32,000 bases of DNA, from NCBI RefSeq assembly GCF_008065095.1, contig NZ_CP042911.1, forward strand, positions 8,400,001-8,432,000, given 5' to 3'. Positions 23,162 through 31,783 of the stretch are shown here, piece by piece (positions within the stretch are counted from its first letter, which is position 1; every line of letters starts with the position of its first letter). The notes below the pieces were generated by a model that saw only the letters and a list, made by a program, of their open reading frames with translations, ran no database searches and was not told where the DNA came from. This DNA is from Gemmata obscuriglobus (GTDB lineage Bacteria; Planctomycetota; Planctomycetia; Gemmatales; Gemmataceae). A program made the position numbers and the translations under genes.

Positions 23162-24175
23162 CTATCCCCGTTTCCCGTACTGCTTCTCGTAGTAGCTCAG
23201 GTAGTCCTTGTTCTTGATCGTCGCCACCCACGCGGTGTTGGCCTTGTACCAGCCGATCGTCTCGGCCAACCCCGCGTCGAACTTCACCTGCGGCGCCCAG
23301 CCCAGTTCGCGCTCGGCCTTCGTGCAGTCGATCGCGTACCGCCGGTCGTGCCCCAAGCGGTCGGCCACGTACTTGATGAGCGTCTCGGGCTTGCCGAGGA
23401 GCTTGAGCAGGAGCAGCGTGAGGTCCAGGTTCGCCATCTCGCACCGGCCGCCGAAGTTGTACACCTCACCGGGCGCCCCGCGGCGCCACGCGGCCTCGAC
23501 CCCGCGGCAGTGGTCGAGCACGTGAATCCAGTCGCGGACCTGTTGGCCGTCGCCGTACACCGGCACCTGCTGGTCGGCGAGCAGGTTGGTCACGAACAGT
23601 GGGATCAGTTTCTCGGGGAGCTGGTACGGCCCGTAGTTGTTCGAGCACCGCGTGATCACCGCCGGCAGCCCGAACGTGTGCTGGTACGCCTGCACGAGCA
23701 GGTCCGCGCCCGCTTTACTCGCCGAGTACGGGCTGTTCGGGTGCAGGGGGGTCTCTTCGGTGAACAGCCCGGTCGCGCCCAGGCTCCCGTACACCTCGTC
23801 GGTCGAGACCTGAACGTACTTGCTCACCTGGAACTCGCGGGCCGCGTCGAGCAGCACCTGCGTGCCCAGCACGTTGGTCCGCACGAACGGGCCGCTGTCA
23901 TGGATGCTACGGTCCACGTGGCTCTCGGCCGCGAAATGGATGACATCCGTCACCCCGCGCTGCATCGCGCCGCGCACGTCGTCGCGGGAGGTGACATCGC
24001 CCCGCACGAACGTGTGCCGCGGGTGGCCGTCGAGGTCGCGGAGGTTCGCGAGGTTGCCCGCGTAGGTCAGCGCGTCGAAGTTGACGATCTGTACGGCGGG
24101 GTCGGTCGCCAGCAGGTGGCGGACGAAGTTGGACCCAATGAACCCGGCACCGCCGGTGATCAAAACTGTCGGCAT
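23162..24175 (-). CDS. rfbB: dTDP-glucose 4,6-dehydratase
   Basis: MPTVLITGGAGFIGSNFVRHLL gives the Rossmann GxxGxxG. The catalytic motif is YSASKAGADLLV, and HVLDHCRG is present. The ATG is at 24173-24175. A GTG at 24184 would add 3 codons. Confidence 0.95.
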   Translation of the reverse strand: MPTVLITGGAGFIGSNFVRHLLATDPAVQIVNFDALTYAGNLANLRDLDGHPRHTFVRGDVTSRDDVRGAMQRGVTDVIHFAAESHVDRSIHDSGPFVRTNVLGTQVLLDAAREFQVSKYVQVSTDEVYGSLGATGLFTEETPLHPNSPYSASKAGADLLVQAYQHTFGLPAVITRCSNNYGPYQLPEKLIPLFVTNLLADQQVPVYGDGQQVRDWIHVLDHCRGVEAAWRRGAPGEVYNFGGRCEMANLDLTLLLLKLLGKPETLIKYVADRLGHDRRYAIDCTKAERELGWAPQVKFDAGLAETIGWYKANTAWVATIKNKDYLSYYEKQYGKRG

Positions 24176-24182
24176 GAACCAC

Positions 24183-24210
24183 ACCCTTCGCCCGGAGAGC
24201 TACGAAGGGT
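24183..24210 (-). promoter_or_regulatory. 8-bp hairpin overlapping the rfbB Shine-Dalgarno sequence
   Basis: acccttcg (24183-24190) pairs with cgaagggt (24203-24210). On the minus-strand mRNA the 3' arm contains GAAGGG, 8 nt upstream of the ATG. Confidence 0.25.
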
Positions 24211-24234
24211 TTGTAAGTCGGAACTCGTGTGGCG

Positions 24235-25260
24235 TCAAACCGGTTCGGCTTCGATCAGGCCGTGCGGCCCCTCGGTCGGGACGATCCGGGTGAGCTTGAA
24301 CCCGGCCCCCGCCAGCAGTTCCCGGTACTCCTGTTCGGTACGCTCCTTGCCGTCGCACACCACCATCATCTCGAGATCGAGGATGTGGGCGAAGTGCGGT
24401 GCGAACCCGGGCGGCACCACCATTTCGACGAGGAGCAGCTTGCCGGTCGCCGGGATCGCGGCGCGAACGGACTTCAGAATTTGCGTGGCCTTCGCATCGT
24501 TCCAGTCGTGGATGATGTGTTTCAGGATGTAGAGGTCGCCACCCGCGGGGACCGCCCGGAAGAAGTCGCCGCCTTCGGCCTTGCACCGGTCGGCCAAGCC
24601 CGCGGCGCGGATCGGCTCGTGCGCCCCGGCCGCGACTTGTGGGGCGTCGAACACGATGCCGCGCGCGCTGGGGGCCGCGCCGAGGACCGCGCGTAGGATC
24701 GCGCCGTGCCCGCCGCCCACATCAACGATCGTGCCGAACGGCGTGAAGTCGTAGGCCTTCAGCATCGCGGCGGCGGCCTGCTGTGAGAACCCGGTCATAC
24801 CCTCGTTGAACGTGGCGGCTTCGTCCGGGTGCTTCGCGAGGTAGTCGAACACCCCCTCACCGAACATGCGGTCGAAAACGGGCGCCCCGGCCTTCACACT
24901 ACCCGCCAGGTCGCCCCACGGCTTCCAGCTCCACGGATCGCAGACGTAGGTGGCGATGGCACGCATGGAGCCTGGAACGTCGGACCGCAGGAATTCGCCC
25001 ACCGGCGTGAGCGCGAACCGCTCTCCCTCGGCCCTCAACACGCCCAAACCGGCCAGCGCGCGAAGGACGCGGTAGAGGTGGTTCGCGTTCAGCCCGGCGG
25101 CGGAAGCGAGTTCGGCCGCAGTTTTGGGGCCGGCGGCCATCTGGTCGGCGAGTTTGAACCGCGCGACAACGGATACGGCCTGCGTAACGAGCTTTCCGAA
25201 CACCAGTTGCATCAGCACCGCGTGGGGCGGGAGCGGTTCGGGCGACTGCGGAGCGGGCAT
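24235..25260 (-). CDS. Class I SAM-dependent O-methyltransferase, COMT/plant-type family with N-terminal dimerisation domain (341 aa)
   Basis: The ATG at 25258-25260 (MPAPQSPEP...) follows GAAGGA. The winged-helix dimerisation region is ELASAAGLNANHLYRVLRALAGLGVL. The SAM motif is IVDVGGGHG, and YILKHIIHDWND is present. The upstream part of track ORF 24235..25515 is non-coding. Confidence 0.85.
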   Translation of the reverse strand: MPAPQSPEPLPPHAVLMQLVFGKLVTQAVSVVARFKLADQMAAGPKTAAELASAAGLNANHLYRVLRALAGLGVLRAEGERFALTPVGEFLRSDVPGSMRAIATYVCDPWSWKPWGDLAGSVKAGAPVFDRMFGEGVFDYLAKHPDEAATFNEGMTGFSQQAAAAMLKAYDFTPFGTIVDVGGGHGAILRAVLGAAPSARGIVFDAPQVAAGAHEPIRAAGLADRCKAEGGDFFRAVPAGGDLYILKHIIHDWNDAKATQILKSVRAAIPATGKLLLVEMVVPPGFAPHFAHILDLEMMVVCDGKERTEQEYRELLAGAGFKLTRIVPTEGPHGLIEAEPV

Positions 25261-25271
25261 CGCGTAGCGTC

Positions 25272-25318
25272 CTTCTGCGTTCGTAAGCGGGCGACGGCTT
25301 GCACTACGAGCGCAGAAG
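25272..25318 (-). promoter_or_regulatory. 14-bp intercistronic hairpin between the aminotransferase and O-methyltransferase genes, overlapping the OMT SD
   Basis: 25272-25285 pairs with 25305-25318 (13 WC plus 1 G:U) across a 19-nt loop. On the mRNA the 3' arm ends in the GAAGGA SD. Confidence 0.3.
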
Positions 25319-25360
25319 AGCGTTAAATTCGGAGAAATGCAAGGCGGACCCGCGCCGCGC

Positions 25361-26764
25361 TCACACCACCGGAAGGGCCGCCCCGGCGGGCGCGCCGGTC
25401 GCGGCCAAGGCCGGCTCGACCGTTCCCAGTACGCCGTCCAGAATGCCAAGCGCGGTATCGACTTGCGCCGCGGACACGCACAGCGGTGGGATGAACCGCA
25501 GCGCGGTTTCGCCACACCCCAAAAGAAGCAGGCCGCGGTGGAATGCGGTCTGAATCACCCGCTCGCGCACGGCCGGCGACGGCAGATCGGCGGCGGTCAT
25601 GAGCCCGAGCCCGCGCACGTTGGTCAGGGCCGGGTGCTTCCCACCGAGTTCGCGCAGCCCGGCCCGGAGTTGCTCCCCGCGGTCGGCCGCGTTCGCCATC
25701 AGCTCGCGCTCGAGTAACTGAATCGTCGCCAGCGCCGCCCGGCACGCCACCGGGTTGCCGCCGAACGTGCTGGCGTGGCTGCCCGACGGCCAGTCCATCA
25801 CGTCCGCCTTCGCGATGATCGCGCCGAGCGGCAACCCCGACGCGATCCCCTTCGCGGAGCAGATGATGTCCGGCTCGACGCCGTAGTGCTCCACCGCGAA
25901 CATTTTCCCGGTGCGCCCCATCCCGGACTGCACTTCATCGACCACGAGCATGATGCCGTGCTTGTCGCACAGCGTGCGGAGGGCCGTCAGGCAGGCGGGC
26001 GGCATCGGGTGGTAGCCGCCCTCGCCCTGAATCGGCTCGACGAAGATCGCGGCCACCTCATCCGGTGGGCACGTGCGTTTGAAGATGGTGTCGTCGATGG
26101 TCGCGGCGAGCCCGCACCTCGTCACACACATTTCTCCCGGGGGGGGGCAACCTCCCACAGGTTCCCCCCGCGCCCCCCTCCCGCCTTGGCACTCGCGCGG
26201 GAACGGCACGTGGTGAACGTCCGGTACGAGCGGCGAGAACCCTTTGCGGTGGATTAGCTTGGAAGCGGAAAGCGACATGGCCCCGTAGGTGCGGCCGTGG
26301 AACGCGCCGAAGAACGCGACCACGCGGTTCCGCTTCGTGTGCCAGCGCGCCAGCTTCAGCGCGCCCTCGATCGCTTCCGCGCCGCTGTTGCAGAAAAACA
26401 CCTTCTTGGGTGTCGGCCCCGGCGCCACCTGCGCCAGCTTCTCCGCAAGGTCGATTTGCGGTCGATAGTAGAAGTCGGTGCCGCTCATGTGGAGCAGCTT
26501 CGTGGACTGGTCCTGAATCGCCGCCACAACTTCCGGGTGGCAGTGGCCGGTGTTGGTGACCGCGATACCGGCGGTGAAGTCGAGGAAGAGGTTCCCGTCC
26601 ACGTCCTGAACGACGCACCCGCTGGCGCGCTCGACGAACAGCGGGTACATCGGGGTGTACGACGGCGAGACGTACCGCTTGTCGCGCGCGAGCAGTTCCG
26701 CCCCGTTCGGCCCCGGCAGGGGCGTGCGGATGTCGGGCACCACAACGTTGTCGAACATCCACAT
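25361..26764 (-). CDS. Class-III PLP-dependent aminotransferase (4-aminobutyrate/acetylornithine aminotransferase-like; 467 aa)
   Basis: Family motifs are FCNSGAEAIEGALKLAR, VEPIQGEGGY, LVVDEVQSGMGRTGKMFA and SAKGIASGLPLGA (the PLP Lys). The ATG at 26762-26764 follows GAGGG. Confidence 0.9.
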   Translation of the reverse strand: MWMFDNVVVPDIRTPLPGPNGAELLARDKRYVSPSYTPMYPLFVERASGCVVQDVDGNLFLDFTAGIAVTNTGHCHPEVVAAIQDQSTKLLHMSGTDFYYRPQIDLAEKLAQVAPGPTPKKVFFCNSGAEAIEGALKLARWHTKRNRVVAFFGAFHGRTYGAMSLSASKLIHRKGFSPLVPDVHHVPFPRECQGGRGARGEPVGGCPPPGEMCVTRCGLAATIDDTIFKRTCPPDEVAAIFVEPIQGEGGYHPMPPACLTALRTLCDKHGIMLVVDEVQSGMGRTGKMFAVEHYGVEPDIICSAKGIASGLPLGAIIAKADVMDWPSGSHASTFGGNPVACRAALATIQLLERELMANAADRGEQLRAGLRELGGKHPALTNVRGLGLMTAADLPSPAVRERVIQTAFHRGLLLLGCGETALRFIPPLCVSAAQVDTALGILDGVLGTVEPALAATGAPAGAALPVV

Positions 26765-26787
26765 CGTTTGGCCCTCGCCGAGTTAAA

Positions 26788-27117
26788 TCACCCCAGCCGA
26801 ACGAGCGCACTCGAGACGTGAAACGCGCCGATGGCCACACCGCCGACTACCAAGCCGAACGCGCTCAGATAGTGACCGGCGTTGACCTCACGGGTCGCGG
26901 CGAAGCGATTAGTGAACCCGAACCACTCGTACTGCGTCCACGCGGCGCGGCGGTAATCTTCCGCCACCGCGCGCAGGTGCGCGAGCGCGAACACCGCAGC
27001 GCCCCAAGCGACGATGCCGGCCACGAGCACGAACCAAAGAGGCCTTGCCCCACTGACAGGGGGCTGAAGCATGGGAAAACAGAGGGCCACCCCGAGTAAG
27101 GCGGTCGTACCCTTCAT
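26788..27117 (-). CDS. Small membrane protein, function unknown (109 aa)
   Basis: The ATG at 27115-27117 gives MKGTTALLGVALCF... There are three hydrophobic segments and G/C-rich third positions. It sits between the ALDH and aminotransferase genes on the same strand. The SD spacing is poor. Confidence 0.5.
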   Translation of the reverse strand: MKGTTALLGVALCFPMLQPPVSGARPLWFVLVAGIVAWGAAVFALAHLRAVAEDYRRAAWTQYEWFGFTNRFAATREVNAGHYLSAFGLVVGGVAIGAFHVSSALVRLG

Positions 27118-27173
27118 CCCTCGCCAACGTGTCCGGCGCACCCTCTCGCGTTCGGCCCGCCTCGTTTCGCTGG

Positions 27174-28679
27174 TCACGCCGGACCTCCGTCGATCGCCGT
27201 CGTCAGCCCTTGTGCCATCTTGATGTCGGTGCCGTGGTTCACGGTCCACGCGGTCTTGTGCGTCACCGCCTCCACCAGCGCCGCGGCCGACGGGTGCCCG
27301 TTGCCGCTCTTCTTCACCCCCCCGAACGGCAGGTGGACCTCCGCGCCGATGCTCGGCAGGTTCACATAGCCCATGCCGTACTCGCACTCGTCGCGGAAGA
27401 ACCGCATCCGCCGGTAGCTCTCGGTAATCACCGCCATCGAGAGGCCGTACTCGGTGTCGTTGTAAATCGCGGCGGCCTGTTCATCCGTTTTGAACGGGAT
27501 CAGCGCGACGTGCGGCCCGAACACCTCCTCGTGCGTCACGCGCAGACTCGGCTTGGCCTCCGTGCGGTACACGAACGGCGTCAGGAAGCACCCCTTCGCG
27601 TCCGGCGGGCCGTTGGGCGCGAGCAGCACCTCCACCCCTTCCGACTTCGCAAGCGCGTTGTAGTTCAGGACTTTCTCGACGCCCTTCCGGTTCACGAGCG
27701 GCCCGGCGAAGTTCTTCGCGTCGAGCGGGTCACCGAACTGGAGCCGCTTCGCCGTATCAACGAACGCCTTGGCGTACCGCTCGACCAGCGATTCGTGGAC
27801 GATGATCCGGCTCGCGGAGACGCACCGCTGGCCCGTGGTCTTGAACGCGCTGAGGATGCCTGCGTTTACGGCCAGGTCGAAGCGCGCGTCGTCGCACACG
27901 ATGACCGCGTTCTTCCCGCCCATTTCCGCCGCGACGATGCGGTTCGGGATGGTCGCCGACGCCTGCTGGATGCGCTCGCCGACCGCGTAGCTGCCGGTGA
28001 AGCACACCACGTTCACCGCGGGGTTCTTCACGAGCGCCTCGCCCACGTCGCCGCGGCCGTGAATGAGGTTGACGGTGCCGGCGGGGAAGCCGGCTTCGGC
28101 GAACAGCTCCACCAGTTTCAGCGCGATGGCGGGCGTCTCCTCGCTCGGCTTGAACACGCAGGTGTTCCCCTCGAGCAGGCTCGGCCCCAGCATCCAGAGC
28201 GGCACCGCGAACGGGAAGTTCCACGGGGTCACCACCGCCACGACGCCCCACGGCTTCCGCCGGGTGAACGCGTCCTTCTCGGCTATCTCCGACGCCACCA
28301 CCTCGCCGTACACGCCGGTGCGCCCGGTGCCGAACACGTACTGCACCATGTGCAGCCCTTCGACCACCTCGGCGCGGCACTCGGTGACGTTCTTGCCGCA
28401 CTCGCGGGCCATCAGCGTGGCGAGCGCATCGGTGTCGCGCTTGATGAGCTGCGCGAGTCGGTCGAACGCTTCCGCCCGCAGGATGCGTGAGGTGCGGCGC
28501 CAGCCCGGGAACGCCGCCCGGGCAGCTTCGACCGCCGCGGACACTTCGGCCGGCGTGGCCGCGGGGAACGTGCCCACCACCTCGCTCAGGTTCGCGGGGT
28601 TCAGGCTGGTGAAGTCCTCGCGGGCGTGCCAATCGCCGCCGATGAACGAGCGGCCCGGGATCGGGAGAGGATGGGCCAT
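27174..28679 (-). CDS. NAD(P)-dependent aldehyde dehydrogenase family protein (501 aa)
   Basis: Family motifs are VTPWNFP, FTGSYAVGERI, the catalytic Glu in EMGGKNAVIV, the catalytic Cys in GQRCVSASR, and EEVFGP. The ATG at 28677-28679 has GGAGG 6 nt upstream. Confidence 0.95.
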   Translation of the reverse strand: MAHPLPIPGRSFIGGDWHAREDFTSLNPANLSEVVGTFPAATPAEVSAAVEAARAAFPGWRRTSRILRAEAFDRLAQLIKRDTDALATLMARECGKNVTECRAEVVEGLHMVQYVFGTGRTGVYGEVVASEIAEKDAFTRRKPWGVVAVVTPWNFPFAVPLWMLGPSLLEGNTCVFKPSEETPAIALKLVELFAEAGFPAGTVNLIHGRGDVGEALVKNPAVNVVCFTGSYAVGERIQQASATIPNRIVAAEMGGKNAVIVCDDARFDLAVNAGILSAFKTTGQRCVSASRIIVHESLVERYAKAFVDTAKRLQFGDPLDAKNFAGPLVNRKGVEKVLNYNALAKSEGVEVLLAPNGPPDAKGCFLTPFVYRTEAKPSLRVTHEEVFGPHVALIPFKTDEQAAAIYNDTEYGLSMAVITESYRRMRFFRDECEYGMGYVNLPSIGAEVHLPFGGVKKSGNGHPSAAALVEAVTHKTAWTVNHGTDIKMAQGLTTAIDGGPA

Positions 28680-28797
28680 GCTGCGCCTCCGGATGTGTCG
28701 CTACCGCATTGTACGCCGGCCCGCTCGTGGCGAGCAAGCACGAGGCACTTGGCGCGGCCCGTAGAATGCACGGATGCGCCTGCACCGAGGAACGCTC

Positions 28798-30000
28798 ATG
28801 CCCGAAACGATCCCGCTCGTCGTCGGTTCCGAACCGTGGTCCTTGACCGTACCCGCGGACCGCGCGGTTCACGTGCGCCGCGCGTCATTTGTCCCCCCGT
28901 CCGCGGGCGCCGCGGAACTGGTGCGGGCCGCGCTGGAGCGGCCGTTCAAGTTCGAGCCGCTCCGCCGCGCGCTCACCCCCGACGACCGCGTGGCCGTCGT
29001 GATCGACCCGCGCCTGCCGCACCTCACGGAAATGCTGGCGGAAGTGCTTTCGCACATCGGGTCGGCCGGGGTGCCGCTCGCCGCGGTGACGGTCGTGTCA
29101 CCGCCCGGCGCGCCGCAGCCGTGGATCGACGACCTGCCCGAGGAGTTCGAGGACATCACCGCGGAGACGCACGACCCCGACGACGTGCAGAAGCTCATGT
29201 ACGTCGCGACCACGAAGGGCGGTCGGCGGGTGTACCTCAACCGGCGCGTCGCGGAGGCGGACTTCGTGGTCGTGCTGGCCGGCCGCCGGTACGACCCGCA
29301 CACCGGGTACGCGGGCGCAGAAGCGGCCCTGTTCCCGGCGCTTTCGAACGCCGAAACGCTCGCCGCGTTCGCGGACCGGTTCTCGTCCGCCGCGCCCGAC
29401 GGGAACCGCGAGACCGAGGCCGCGGAGGTCGCGTGGTTGCTCGGTGCGCCGTTCTTCGTTCAGGTGATCGAAGGCGAAGCCGGAACCGTTCACGGCGTGG
29501 TCGGGGGGCTGTTCGAGAGCGGGGCCGAGGGCATCCGCCAGCAGGACGCCCGCTGGCGCGGCGCCATTTCGGAAGAAGTGGACACGGTGATTGCGGCCGT
29601 GAGCGGCGAACCCGACGCCATCACGTTTCTCGATTTGGCCCAGGCCGCAGCGACCGCGGCGCGGGCGGTCAAAAAGGGCGGGCGGATCGCGCTGCTGACG
29701 ACCGCCGCCCCGGAACTCGGCCCTGGGGCCGAGTTGCTCCGCAAACTGGAAGGGCCGACCGGCGCCAAGAAGTTGCTCGCGAACGAGAAGCCGAGTGATT
29801 GGGCCGCGGCGAGTTTGTGGGTGTACGCCGCAAAGTCGGCGAGCATGTTCTTCGCGAGCGGCTATCCCGAGGACGTTGCTGAAGAGCTATTCTGCACGCC
29901 GATTTACACCCGGTCGGAGGCGCAACGGCTGATCGATACCGGCACCGGTACCGTGCTGCTGATCCCGGACGCGCACCGGGCGATGATTACCGTGGATTAA
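28798..30000 (+). CDS. LarA-like (DUF2088, lactate-racemase N-terminal-domain family) protein, apparently degenerate
   Basis: The ATG at 28798 follows GAGGAA. As I remember LarA, the order is collinear: LERPFKFEPL..., VAVVIDPRLP, VTVVSPPG, THDPDD...GGRRVYLNRRVAEADFVVVLAGRRYDPHTGYAG. The family call rests on recalled motif order and is not a computed alignment. Confidence 0.6.
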   Translation: MPETIPLVVGSEPWSLTVPADRAVHVRRASFVPPSAGAAELVRAALERPFKFEPLRRALTPDDRVAVVIDPRLPHLTEMLAEVLSHIGSAGVPLAAVTVVSPPGAPQPWIDDLPEEFEDITAETHDPDDVQKLMYVATTKGGRRVYLNRRVAEADFVVVLAGRRYDPHTGYAGAEAALFPALSNAETLAAFADRFSSAAPDGNRETEAAEVAWLLGAPFFVQVIEGEAGTVHGVVGGLFESGAEGIRQQDARWRGAISEEVDTVIAAVSGEPDAITFLDLAQAAATAARAVKKGGRIALLTTAAPELGPGAELLRKLEGPTGAKKLLANEKPSDWAAASLWVYAAKSASMFFASGYPEDVAEELFCTPIYTRSEAQRLIDTGTGTVLLIPDAHRAMITVD

Positions 30001-30359
30001 TGGCCGGCGTCGGAGCGCGGGCCTCCTCCGGCCCAACGGCACTGACTTTGTATCGGGTGGTGGTGTGCTTCGTGGTCGATTGGGGCGCTTGCGGGCGCGT
30101 CGGAAGAGGGCTCGTGGGTGTGCCCGTTCGGGGCGCGCCGCGGAGCCCCCACTTGAACGTAGGCGGACGCGCGTTGAATGCGTCCGGATCGAGCAGGACA
30201 CAGGCGCATCGGAGCTATTCGCGCCGGATCGGGCTGGGAGGTTATCAGCGATTCACGCCGGGAGGAAGGTGCTCAGCCCGGCGCAAATCCCAAGCCCCCC
30301 GAAGCAACACAATAGATTCCATTGGCCCGCACGCCGGCGCAATCCAGTCGGGGGCGGTA

Positions 30360-31718
30360 TCAGTCGCCCATACTGAAGAACACCGGCGCGGCGGCGGTCG
30401 TCGGGAGCCGGGTGATGCGGTCGAGCGCTTTTCGGAACCGGCCGGTCGAGGCGTAGTGCGTAACGACCACCAGTGGGACCGGGCCGCCGCCCTCTTCTTC
30501 CGCCTCGTGCTGCACGAGGCTCGAAATGCTGATCTCCTCGTCCGCCAGGATGCGGGTGACGTCCGCCAGCACCCCGGGGCGGTCCACGACCTGCAACCGC
30601 AGGTAGAACCGGCTCCGCACCCGCTCCGGCGGCTCCACCGTGAACCCGCGGTCCTCGCGGCTCCACAGCTTCGCCGCCGCGAACGTCCGCTGCGCCCGCC
30701 CCACCCCCAGGTCGATCAGGTCCGCGACCACGGAGCTGGCGGTCGGCATCTGGCCGGCGCCCGGCCCCTGGTACAGCGTTTCGCCCACCACGTCGCCGTA
30801 CACCAGGACGGCGTTGTACGCCCCCCGCACCTGGGCCAGCAGGTCGGTGTGCCGCAGCAGCACCGGGGCCACGTGCAGCGCCACCGTCGGCTCCGCCGGC
30901 ACGGCCCCGCTGCGGCTCAACTTCGCCCCGTTGCCGGAGTGGCTGTGCCCGCCGGTCCACGCCTCGGCCAGGAGCTTGATCGTGTACCCGAGTTCGTTCG
31001 CGAACCGGATGTCGATGGCCTCGATGGTGTCGATCCCCTGGCGCGCGATCTCGTGCGGCTTGGCCGCCACGCCGAACGCGATCTGGGCCAGGATCGCCAG
31101 CTTGTGCGCCGCGTCGCTGCCGTCCACGTCCAGCGTCGGGTCGGCCTCGGCGTACCCCAGCTTCTGGGCCTCCGCGAGCGCGTCCGCGTAGCTCTTCCCG
31201 CCCTCGGCCATCGCGGTCAGGATGAAGTTCGACGTGCCGTTCAGGATCGCCTGGATCGCGGTCACCTGGTTGGCCGCCAGGCTCTCGCCCAGCGCGCGGA
31301 TGACCGGCACCCCGCCCGCCACCGCCGCCTCGAAACAGACCGTCCGGTCGGCCCGCCGCGCCGCCTCGAACACCTCCGCGCCGGCGTCGGCCAGCAGCGC
31401 CTTGTTCGCGGTGACGACGTGCTTCCCGGCCGCGAGCGCGTCCAGCACCACCCGCTTCGCCAGCCCGGTGCCGCCGATCAGCTCGACTACGACGTGGACG
31501 CCGGGGTCGTTGATCGCGGCGTGAATGTCGGTCGAGATGATGTCGAGGGGGATCAGCGGGTCGCGCGACTTCGACGGGTCGCGGACCACCACCCGCCGGA
31601 GTTCGAGCGGCCGGCCCGCGCGCTGCGTCACGCGGTCCGCGTGCGCGAGCAGCACCCGCGCCACCCCGCCGCCGACGGTCCCGCAGCCGATGAGTGCGAT
31701 GCCCAGCGTGTCGTTCAT
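30360..31718 (-). CDS. hom: Homoserine dehydrogenase with C-terminal ACT domain
   Basis: The N-terminal NAD site is IALIGCGTVGGGVARVL. Catalytic-domain motifs are ILNGTSNFILT and AEADPTLDVDG.DAAHKLAILA. The C-terminal ACT-like region is YLRLQVVDRPGVLADVTRILADEEISI. The ATG is at 31716-31718. Confidence 0.95.
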   Translation of the reverse strand: MNDTLGIALIGCGTVGGGVARVLLAHADRVTQRAGRPLELRRVVVRDPSKSRDPLIPLDIISTDIHAAINDPGVHVVVELIGGTGLAKRVVLDALAAGKHVVTANKALLADAGAEVFEAARRADRTVCFEAAVAGGVPVIRALGESLAANQVTAIQAILNGTSNFILTAMAEGGKSYADALAEAQKLGYAEADPTLDVDGSDAAHKLAILAQIAFGVAAKPHEIARQGIDTIEAIDIRFANELGYTIKLLAEAWTGGHSHSGNGAKLSRSGAVPAEPTVALHVAPVLLRHTDLLAQVRGAYNAVLVYGDVVGETLYQGPGAGQMPTASSVVADLIDLGVGRAQRTFAAAKLWSREDRGFTVEPPERVRSRFYLRLQVVDRPGVLADVTRILADEEISISSLVQHEAEEEGGGPVPLVVVTHYASTGRFRKALDRITRLPTTAAAPVFFSMGD

Positions 31719-31783
31719 AAGTGCCTACCGCCTTCTCGAGGGTAGGCGTATTATCGCGGCGCTGGCGCGTGCGGCCACTTTTC

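Noticed and set aside
30240-30300. ccgggaggaaggtgctcagcccgg, considered as an SRP-RNA or RNase-P-like motif
   Set aside because: It lacks the SRP helix-8 GNAR tetraloop context and the RNase P GAGGAAAGUCC/ACAGAA conserved blocks. Only a simple local hairpin remains.
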